This document shows positions 8,552 through 16,240 of a DNA stretch of 17,529 nucleotides, in pieces (the first letter of the stretch is position 1; the number at the start of each line of letters is the position of its first letter). The stretch spans positions 1 to 17,529 of the forward strand of contig CAXBPH010000141.1 in assembly GCA_963977445.1 (NCBI GenBank), read 5' to 3'. The DNA is from an uncultured bacterium. GTDB taxonomy: Bacteria > Hydrogenedentota > Hydrogenedentia > Hydrogenedentales > JAEUWI01. Made by a program: the position numbers and the translations under genes. The notes under the pieces were generated by a model. The model worked only from the letters and a program-made list of their open reading frames with translations. It was not told the origin of the DNA and did not search any database.

Positions 8552-9913
8552 ATGGCCGAGGCCAATATGCAGCAGACGCTAACAGGCTGGGGGGGCATGA
8601 ATCCCGAAACCTGTGACGTGTTCCGCCCGGAAAAACGGCGCGCCCTCTCCGATCTGATCCAGGCGAAACACAGCGACACCATCATTGCCCGCGGGCTGGG
8701 CCGCAGTTATGGAGATACCTCCGTCAACGGCGGCAAGGGCGTCATCAACATGACCCGCCTCAACCGGATGCTGGCCTTTGACCCGGAAGAAGGCATGCTC
8801 GAATGTGAAGCTGGCGTAAGTCTGGCCGAAATCATCGAGACCTTCCTGCCCCGGGGCTTTTTCGTGCCCGTCACGCCGGGCACCAAGTTCGTGACCGTCG
8901 GCGGCGCTATCGCCAACGACGTCCATGGCAAGAATCACCATTGCGATGGCACCTTCTGCGAATTCGTGGACTATTTCACCCTGCTCATCCCCAATGGCGA
9001 CATACTCACCTGCTCCCGGGATGAAAACGAAGACGTATTCTGGGCGACCGCAGGCGGCATCGGCCTTACGGGCATCATTCTCACGGCCTGCATCCGCCTT
9101 TTGCCGGTGGAAAGTGCCTACATGGTCACGGATTACACCCAGTGCACCCACCTGGACGCCGCCCTCGAAACCATGGCCGCAAGTGACCAGGACTATCAGT
9201 ATTCGGTGGCCTGGGTCGATTGCCTGGCCAAGGGAAAGAACCTGGGCCGCTCGGTGCTCATGCAAGGCAACCACGCTGGCGTGGAGCACCTCTCCGGGGA
9301 CAGAAAAGAAGCGCCCTTTACCATCAAGAAGGGTCTGCCCAAGATGGTGCCGGTGCAATGTCCTCCCTTCGTGTTGAATTCCCTGAGTGTTCAAGCTTTC
9401 AATACGGCCTTCTACGCGTTGCACCCTACGGCAGAAGGTTCTATCACCGACTACAACAGCTACTTTTATCCCCTCGATGCCATCCACCATTGGAATCGCC
9501 TCTACGGCAAGAGTGGATTCGCCCAATTTCAGGCGACCCTCCCCTTCGAGAGCAAGCAGGGATTGGTCACGATGCTGGAGCGCCTGGCAAAATCACGTCG
9601 CGCCTCCTTTCTCGCCGTGCTGAAGACCTTTGGCGAGCAAAATCCGGGGCTCCTCTCCCATCCCATGAAGGGCTACACCTTGACCCTGGACCTGCCCAAT
9701 CGCAGTGACTTAACCCCCTTTCTTCACGAATTAGACCGCGTTCTCCTCGATCACGGTGGACGCCTCTATCTGGCGAAAGATGCCGTGGCCACGGCGGAAA
9801 CTATCGCGGCCATGTATCCACGACTTGATGAATTCAAAGCCATTCAACGACGACTTGACCCCAAGGGGGTCTTGTCCTCAACCATGGCACGGCGACTGGG
9901 GTTGGTAGGATGA
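8552..9913 (+). CDS. dprE1: FAD-binding oxidoreductase, decaprenylphosphoryl-beta-D-ribose oxidase (DprE1) homologue
   Basis: RBS AAGGAAG before ATG 8552. ARGLGRSYGD, VTPGTKFVTVGGAIANDVHGKNHH, YSVAWVD, FYPLD..W.R.YG..GF.Q.Q, VLK.FG, GGRLYLAKD. Confidence 0.9.
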   Translation: MAEANMQQTLTGWGGMNPETCDVFRPEKRRALSDLIQAKHSDTIIARGLGRSYGDTSVNGGKGVINMTRLNRMLAFDPEEGMLECEAGVSLAEIIETFLPRGFFVPVTPGTKFVTVGGAIANDVHGKNHHCDGTFCEFVDYFTLLIPNGDILTCSRDENEDVFWATAGGIGLTGIILTACIRLLPVESAYMVTDYTQCTHLDAALETMAASDQDYQYSVAWVDCLAKGKNLGRSVLMQGNHAGVEHLSGDRKEAPFTIKKGLPKMVPVQCPPFVLNSLSVQAFNTAFYALHPTAEGSITDYNSYFYPLDAIHHWNRLYGKSGFAQFQATLPFESKQGLVTMLERLAKSRRASFLAVLKTFGEQNPGLLSHPMKGYTLTLDLPNRSDLTPFLHELDRVLLDHGGRLYLAKDAVATAETIAAMYPRLDEFKAIQRRLDPKGVLSSTMARRLGLVG

Positions 9914-10668
9914 TGAGTGAATTTCAACAGAGCGTCGTTATTCTGGGTTCCACCTCGGGCATCGTCCGCGCCACCGCCGAAGCCTACGCCGCCGCAGGGT
10001 TTTCGTTGGTCCTGGCCGCGCGGGATGACGAAGAAAATGAAATCCTCGCCGCCGACCTGGGGGTCCGCTATGACACCCCCTGCCATGCGGTCCACTTTGA
10101 TGGCACCGATTTTTCCTCCCACGCCGCCTTCGTGCAGGAATGTGAAGCATGCCTCGGCACCAATCCCACAGGATTAATTCTCGGCTTCGGGTACATGGCA
10201 GAGCAGAAGATCGCCGAGTCGGATATCACCGAAGTGCAGAAAATGGTGGATGCCAACCTCACGGGCGCCATCTCCATACTGGAGCAATTCGCGGCTGTCT
10301 TCGAAACCCGGGGCTCCGGCTTCATGGGCGTCCTTTCTTCCGTTGCCGGTGACCGGGGCAAACAAAGCAACTATATCTACGGGGCAACCAAGGCGGGACT
10401 CACCTGTTACCTCGAAGGGCTCCGCGTGCGACTCTTCAAGGCCAATGTGACGGTGACCACCATACAACCCGGCTTCGTGGACACCAAAATGACCTACGGC
10501 CTGCCCCTGCCGGGCCCCCTCGTCGCCACGCCGAAGCAAGCGGGTGACGCCATTTATCGCGCTGTAAGTCAGGGCAAAAATGAAGTTTATGTGCCTTTTT
10601 TCTGGCGCTACATTATGATGATTATCAAGTCCGTTCCACGCTGGCAATTCAAAAAGATGAGCATGTGA
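9910..10668 (+). CDS. dprE2: Short-chain dehydrogenase, decaprenylphosphoryl-2-keto-pentose reductase (DprE2) homologue
   Basis: ILGSTSGI, SSVAGDRG..SNYIYGATKAG (YxxxK), PGFVDTKMT. ATGA overlap with the dprE1 stop. Confidence 0.85.
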   Translation: MMSEFQQSVVILGSTSGIVRATAEAYAAAGFSLVLAARDDEENEILAADLGVRYDTPCHAVHFDGTDFSSHAAFVQECEACLGTNPTGLILGFGYMAEQKIAESDITEVQKMVDANLTGAISILEQFAAVFETRGSGFMGVLSSVAGDRGKQSNYIYGATKAGLTCYLEGLRVRLFKANVTVTTIQPGFVDTKMTYGLPLPGPLVATPKQAGDAIYRAVSQGKNEVYVPFFWRYIMMIIKSVPRWQFKKMSM

Positions 10669-11576
10669 TGTCTGAGAGCAGTCTAACCTCCCTTCCCGTC
10701 ATCCTCTTTCGCGCTATGCGGCCCTACCAATGGACCAAAAATCTGCTGGTGCTGGCGGCGCTGCTCTTCGCCGGTGAATTGGGACATGTCCATCAGATAT
10801 TCGTGGGCTTCAGTGCCCTCGTCGCCTTTTGTCTGGCGGCAAGTGCCACCTACGTCTTCAATGATCTCCTCGATATCGAAAGCGACCGGGAACATCCCAA
10901 AAAGCGCCTTCGTCCCCTGGCCAGCGGCGAGATGAGCATTGCCACCGCGTGGGTGCTGCTCGTTTTACTCTTTGCCCTGGCCCTGACCCTGGCCTACATG
11001 ATTCGTATTCCCTTCATGTTTGCCCTCCTCGCCTATGTCGTCCTCACCCTCTCCTATACGGTGAAACTAAAACATCTGGCCATCGTGGATGTACTCACGA
11101 TTGCCCTGGGCTTCGTCATCCGTGCCGTCGCCGGGGCCATCGCCCTGGACGTCCCCTTTTCCAACTGGCTTGTCGTCTGCACCTTTTTCCTCGCCACCTT
11201 TCTCGGACTCAGCAAACGACGCAACGAAATTACCCTGTTGGATGAGGGTGCCCAATCGCACCGACAGGTACTGCAGCACTACACGGTAAACTACCTCGAC
11301 CAGCTTATCCTGATTGTCGCAAGTGGCACCCTCCTGACCTATACCATCTACACCTGCTCCCCCGAGGTCATCGAACGGCTCGGCACGGACAAACTTTATA
11401 TCACCCTCCCCCTGGTTGCCTACGGCCTCTTTCGCTACCTCCATCTTATTCATCACAAGACGGGCGGCGGCGATCCCAGCCAGACACTCCTGAAAGACCG
11501 CCCTCTCGGCGTTACCGTGCTCATCTGGGCGGTCGCCTGCGGTCTCATCATCTATCTCCCTGCCGTAATTAAATAA
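10668..11576 (+). CDS. UbiA-family decaprenyl-phosphate phosphoribosyltransferase (DPPR synthase, Rv3806c-like)
   Basis: RPYQWTKN, YVFNDLLDIESDREHPKKRLRPLASG, LKH..IVD, KRRNE, GGDP, multiple TM helices. TGATG overlap with dprE2 (alternative GTG start at 10665). Confidence 0.9.
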   Translation: MSESSLTSLPVILFRAMRPYQWTKNLLVLAALLFAGELGHVHQIFVGFSALVAFCLAASATYVFNDLLDIESDREHPKKRLRPLASGEMSIATAWVLLVLLFALALTLAYMIRIPFMFALLAYVVLTLSYTVKLKHLAIVDVLTIALGFVIRAVAGAIALDVPFSNWLVVCTFFLATFLGLSKRRNEITLLDEGAQSHRQVLQHYTVNYLDQLILIVASGTLLTYTIYTCSPEVIERLGTDKLYITLPLVAYGLFRYLHLIHHKTGGGDPSQTLLKDRPLGVTVLIWAVACGLIIYLPAVIK

Positions 11577-11725
11577 CAGAACTCCCGAAAAAAATGCCAA
11601 GCTGGAACCAAGTCACCGAGTTCCTTACAATAAGATTGAGTAGTGGGAACTATCGCTGGTATTTTTGTAACAAAGGAGTAGAGACCATGGGGAACCCTGT
11701 CGGGACGTTGAGTGGAGGAGATGTA

Positions 11726-13009
11726 ATGCGGAATGTGAGTGCCATCGTCTTGGGAGGCGGTCGCGGCTCGCGACTTTACCCGCTCACCAAAGTACGTGCC
11801 AAACCCGCCGTGCCCTTGTGTGGTCGTTATCGCCTGGTCGATATACCCCTCAGCAATTGCATTCATTCTCAAATAAATCGTGTTGCCGTTTTGACGCAAT
11901 ACAACAGCCATTCTCTGAATCGCCATATCAATAATACCTACCAATTCGACGCATTCAGCGGCGGCATGGTCGAGGTCCTGGCCGCAGAACAGACCGATCT
12001 CGCCAGCGGCAACGAATGGTTTCAGGGTACCGCCGACGCAGTCCGTAAACAGTTTGTCCATATACAGGACCCTTCGGTAGAGCACTACATCATCCTTTCC
12101 GGCGATCAGCTCTATCGCATGGACTACCGCGATCTCCTTCGCACCCATCTGAACAAAGACGCGGATATCACCGTGGCCGCCCTGCCCGTCGATGCGAAAG
12201 ATGCCGAAGGCTTTGGCATCATGAAGGTGCTGAAAAGTGGCCGCATCCGCGAGTTCATCGAAAAGCCCACTGATCCAGCCGTCCTGGAATCCCTGGTCAC
12301 TCCGGAAAAAGTATTCGAGGACTTTGGTCTCGAAGCCGCCGGGAAACCCTATCTCGCTTCTATGGGCGTCTATGTCTTTAAGGCAGAGGTTCTGGAACGC
12401 CTGCTGATGGATCACGTGGAATGGATTGATTTCGGCAAGGAAATCATTCCCAATTCGCTACAGTCCCTCCAGGTGCAATCGCACATGTTCACCGGGTACT
12501 GGGAAGATATCGGAACCGTTCGCTCCTACTTCGACGTCAGCATGGCCATGACCCTGCCCGATTCCCCCTTCCACTTTCACGACGAGTGCCATCAAATCTA
12601 TACCCATGCACGGGCCTTACCGGGCGTGCGTATCAGCGATGCCCACATAAAGAACGCTATCATCTGTGAGGGCAGCCGCGTCACCAAGGCCACCGTCAGC
12701 AACGCCATCGTCGGTATTCGAAGCATCATTCATCCCGGAGCCAAACTCAACAAGGCCATTATTCTCGGGGCAGAGTATTTCGAAGACCAGGTGGAAGACA
12801 CCGATCAGCCCCAGCTCGGCATCGGGCCGGACACGGACATCAGCTATGCCATCATCGATCACAATGCGCGGATCGGCAAGGGTGTCGTAATCAAGGGCTC
12901 CAAACGCCTCAAAGACTCCGATGGAGAAGGCTACGCAATACGCGATGGTATCGTCGTCGTATTGAAGAATGCCGTCATACCCGATGGAACCAAAATCGGC
13001 GCCGTCTGA
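11726..13009 (+). CDS. glgC: Glucose-1-phosphate adenylyltransferase (ADP-glucose pyrophosphorylase), cyanobacterial/plant-like type
   Basis: LGGGRGSRLYPLT..RAKPAVP, WFQGTADAVR, LSGDQLYRMDY, FIEKP, ASMGVYVF, DFGKEIIP, YWEDIGT, beta-helix C-terminus. RBS GGAGGAG. Alternative in-frame ATG at 11687. Confidence 0.97.
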   Translation: MRNVSAIVLGGGRGSRLYPLTKVRAKPAVPLCGRYRLVDIPLSNCIHSQINRVAVLTQYNSHSLNRHINNTYQFDAFSGGMVEVLAAEQTDLASGNEWFQGTADAVRKQFVHIQDPSVEHYIILSGDQLYRMDYRDLLRTHLNKDADITVAALPVDAKDAEGFGIMKVLKSGRIREFIEKPTDPAVLESLVTPEKVFEDFGLEAAGKPYLASMGVYVFKAEVLERLLMDHVEWIDFGKEIIPNSLQSLQVQSHMFTGYWEDIGTVRSYFDVSMAMTLPDSPFHFHDECHQIYTHARALPGVRISDAHIKNAIICEGSRVTKATVSNAIVGIRSIIHPGAKLNKAIILGAEYFEDQVEDTDQPQLGIGPDTDISYAIIDHNARIGKGVVIKGSKRLKDSDGEGYAIRDGIVVVLKNAVIPDGTKIGAV

Positions 13010-13019
13010 AGCTCGGCCA

Positions 13020-14597
13020 TTGAACCCAATTACCCCCAAAGAAGATCTGGAAGCTGTCCCAGGAGCACCGACACGTGTGCTCCTGGGTTTATTGGTCATC
13101 CTCGTGCTGGCCGCATGCCTCCGACTCTACGGACTGGGTAATGCGAGTTTGTGGTATGACGAAGGGGCCAGCCTCTACCTCAGTCACTACCTCGCCACCC
13201 CCGCCGCCCTCTTCGACAGCACCAAGACCGTCGAGCCCCCCCTCAACGCCGTATTGACCGGCCTGTGGGCGGGTGCCATCGGGATGGTGAGTGCCTCGAC
13301 ACCGACAGACCAGGCCCACGATTTTCTCTTGCGGCTCCTGCCCTGCCTCTTCGGCATACTGAATTGTCTGCTGCTCTACATCCTCACTCGCCGGATCTAC
13401 CACTGCACCCGTACCGCCTGCTGCGCCGCCTTTCTCTTCGCCATAGCGCCCTTTCAGATCTACTACGCCCAGGAACTGCGCATCTACAGTTTCTATGTGA
13501 CCCTTGCCCTCCTCGCCGTATGGGCGACAATCCAGGCCCTGGACGGCAACAAGCGCCGCCATTGGGCCCTCTATATACTGACCCTCACCGTCTTGATGTA
13601 CAGCCACTACTTCACCATGTGGCTAATCTTCTCGTTGAACCTTATCTACGTTGCCCTCCTTGGAAAATACCGGCACCGCTTCTGGCCGTGGACCATCGCC
13701 AACGCCGTGCTCATGGTACTCCTCGCCCCGGCACTCTATGGTGCCTTCACCATGCACGCCGAAGTGCAAGGCCTCGAAGTGCCGTGGTATCCCAACCCCA
13801 CCTGGAAAACGGGACTCATCACGTTCAAGACCTTTTTCGCGGGCTATGGCCCCCGCGCCTGGGCCTACGGGCCGCTCTTTCTGCTCACCATCGCCTTGTG
13901 GTTCTGGGGCGTGTTACGCCCCCGGAAATACGACCTCGCCACCGTTGTCGTCGCAGGCCTCACGTGGATTCCGATTCTTGGTTGCCTGTGGCTATGGGGA
14001 GGGGCCGATTTTTCCTTCTATGAACACCGCCTCTTTCTTTTCTCCGGCGTACTCGCGATCGTCGGCGTCGCACGGGGCATCATCCTGCTGGGACGTCCCG
14101 GTATGGTCGGCCTCGCCCTGATATCCCTGCTCACCCTGCCCTGTCTCGCCGACTTCTATCAGGGACGTCTCCACCCCATCCCCATGCATCGACTCGCCAT
14201 GTGGGACAAGGTCGATTTTCGTGATGCCGCCCGGTTGATGGAAGACCAGTGGAAGCCGGGAGACCGCCTCGTCTACACCAGCCATTTCAGTGCCTACTCC
14301 ATGTTTCACTATCTGCCCCACGACCAACTGCGGATTGGCTGGGGCCCGGAAGACGAGGTGGATTTCATCAAGACCCTGGGCCACGAAGCCATCCTGCGGG
14401 AACACAAGCTCATGCCCGTGCCGAAAGAACGCGCCATCGACGGGGCAACGCGAATCTGGTTCTTGTCCACCCAGGGCATCACCTTCGAATGGCAACCGAC
14501 CACCACCCGCATCCGCGAATGGCTCGACTCCGTCGCCACGGCACAGGAACGCCATAGCTTCCCGGGCGTGGAATTGATTTGCTACGTGCCGAATTAA
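13020..14597 (+). CDS. GT-C fold membrane glycosyltransferase (PMT_2/GT39/GT83-like)
   Basis: LRLYGLG..SLWYDE after TM1, PP, LRL, YAQELRIYS, YSHYF, many TM helices and a soluble C-terminal domain. Start uncertain (TTG 13020 chosen; frame is open from 12969). Confidence 0.85.
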   Translation: MNPITPKEDLEAVPGAPTRVLLGLLVILVLAACLRLYGLGNASLWYDEGASLYLSHYLATPAALFDSTKTVEPPLNAVLTGLWAGAIGMVSASTPTDQAHDFLLRLLPCLFGILNCLLLYILTRRIYHCTRTACCAAFLFAIAPFQIYYAQELRIYSFYVTLALLAVWATIQALDGNKRRHWALYILTLTVLMYSHYFTMWLIFSLNLIYVALLGKYRHRFWPWTIANAVLMVLLAPALYGAFTMHAEVQGLEVPWYPNPTWKTGLITFKTFFAGYGPRAWAYGPLFLLTIALWFWGVLRPRKYDLATVVVAGLTWIPILGCLWLWGGADFSFYEHRLFLFSGVLAIVGVARGIILLGRPGMVGLALISLLTLPCLADFYQGRLHPIPMHRLAMWDKVDFRDAARLMEDQWKPGDRLVYTSHFSAYSMFHYLPHDQLRIGWGPEDEVDFIKTLGHEAILREHKLMPVPKERAIDGATRIWFLSTQGITFEWQPTTTRIREWLDSVATAQERHSFPGVELICYVPN

Positions 14598-14622
14598 GGA
14601 AGGTCGGCCAAGGGGGAAACGC

Positions 14623-16233
14623 CTATTCGGGCAATTCCGTCCGGTAGATCGTCACCAGGTCGTTGGAGTAAACCGGCGCAAGCCAGGGAATCTCGCCGAG
14701 TTCCTGAGGCGCAACGGCCTGCTCGAAAGGTCCGACAAAAACAAAGTCGATGTTTCGGGTCCGCACAAACCACTCTTTGAATCCCACATCTCCCGGCGAC
14801 TGGAAAAAGCGCAAGACGAGGGCATTGTTCTCCTCGTAGTCCACGCTCAGGGCATCCTGGCCAGCGACCACGCGGAGTCCCGCAAGCCGGGGCACAAACT
14901 GGCTCGTGTCGTGACTCGCCAGGACCACATCGCCTTCATCACCGAAGCGGCTCAGCTGTGTCATGGCGTCCCCCACGTGATTGTGAAGATAATAGACCCA
15001 GGGCGCATCAGGATGGCGCAGGTCGTTGAAAAACTTGCCGTAGTGGAGCACGTTACAGGGAATCACCAAGACAATCATCGCCACCAACAGCACACGCGGA
15101 GCCCGGGCAGGCCATACGTAGCGAACAAAGAGCAGGGGTGGTGCCAGTACCCAAGGAAAGTAACTTTCTACGCCCCAGGGAAAATAGGGGTAACACTGGA
15201 GCAATACCTGGGCCACCACCAGCCAGATCGCAAGCACCGGGATCGCCCCCAGATTGAGGGAGCGCTTCGTAAGCCCCCAGGCACCCGCAGCCAGCACCGC
15301 GCAAAACGGAATCCCCAGCCAGAGCAGTTGGGAAAGAAGAAGGACCGGCTGCCAGGCAACAAAGGCACCGAGGCCCAGGGGATTCTGGATGTAAATGATC
15401 CCATGCCAGAGGATGGCCGGCAGGTGTGCACCCGCGCAAACGCCCAACTGCAAAAGAACCCGTCGTCCCCGGGCAGGCTCTTGCCACACGGTGAGCGCAC
15501 CATAGAGCAACAGAAAAAGACAGGACTCGGGAATCTGGTAGGGACGAATGATGCTGTGCGCTGCAGCAGCCAGCCCCGCGAGCGCGAAATAGCGAAGGTC
15601 GTCGCGCTGTGTCCCCCGAATAAACCACGCGTACTGGAGCGCCGCAAAGACGCCCGCCCGGATAAAATGTGGCTTATTGACTAAATAGGCAAAGATGGAG
15701 ACGCCTTGGGCATCCAGCGGCAAAGCCAGGTGCGTACCAAAGAGCGCATTGCTGCCATAGGGAATCCACCCCAACCCCGCACCGAAACTAATCAGGAGCA
15801 ACGCGCCCCGGCGCTGTCCACGACCCGCCAAGCAAACGAGACACAGATACCAGGCCGCAAAGACGAAGGCCACCGCCGATACCACCCGACCCACATGAAA
15901 CAGGGTGATCAAGGAACACCCGGTCCAACGCGCCGTCCACCCCATGATCCCCCACTCCAGATTGTAGTAGCCTTGGGAAGGTGAGTCGGGCGTATAGAGA
16001 TTCGTAAGGCCCATCTGGCCATTCGCTGCCTGTTGGGCAAAGGCGAGATAGCTGTTGGCCCCGGGGGTATCCCGTCCGATAAAGCCCATGAATTCATAAT
16101 CCGGGGGCGTACTGGCATAACCGTAGACGTAGGGCAAGGATCCCAGCACCACGACCACCAGCGCAATCGCGGCGGGAAAATAGATATCGTGGCGGGTGAA
16201 GCGAGACATGAACGACATTATGGATTCACCCAT
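14623..16233 (-). CDS. Polytopic membrane protein, probable GT-C glycosyltransferase of a second family
   Basis: TM1 followed by loop GRDTPGANSYLA..QQ...LYTPD, KPHF, H...RPY, many TM helices, C-terminal domain VLAS....FVP..AG...VFVGP.E. Start at 16233 or 16218. Confidence 0.65.
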   Translation of the reverse strand: MGESIMSFMSRFTRHDIYFPAAIALVVVVLGSLPYVYGYASTPPDYEFMGFIGRDTPGANSYLAFAQQAANGQMGLTNLYTPDSPSQGYYNLEWGIMGWTARWTGCSLITLFHVGRVVSAVAFVFAAWYLCLVCLAGRGQRRGALLLISFGAGLGWIPYGSNALFGTHLALPLDAQGVSIFAYLVNKPHFIRAGVFAALQYAWFIRGTQRDDLRYFALAGLAAAAHSIIRPYQIPESCLFLLLYGALTVWQEPARGRRVLLQLGVCAGAHLPAILWHGIIYIQNPLGLGAFVAWQPVLLLSQLLWLGIPFCAVLAAGAWGLTKRSLNLGAIPVLAIWLVVAQVLLQCYPYFPWGVESYFPWVLAPPLLFVRYVWPARAPRVLLVAMIVLVIPCNVLHYGKFFNDLRHPDAPWVYYLHNHVGDAMTQLSRFGDEGDVVLASHDTSQFVPRLAGLRVVAGQDALSVDYEENNALVLRFFQSPGDVGFKEWFVRTRNIDFVFVGPFEQAVAPQELGEIPWLAPVYSNDLVTIYRTELPE

Positions 16234-16240
16234 CGCGCGG

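Noticed and set aside
10668..11576. Quinone-biosynthesis ubiA/menA assignment
   Set aside because: The QWTKN and KRRxE motifs and the dprE1/dprE2 context indicate the phosphoribosyltransferase subfamily.
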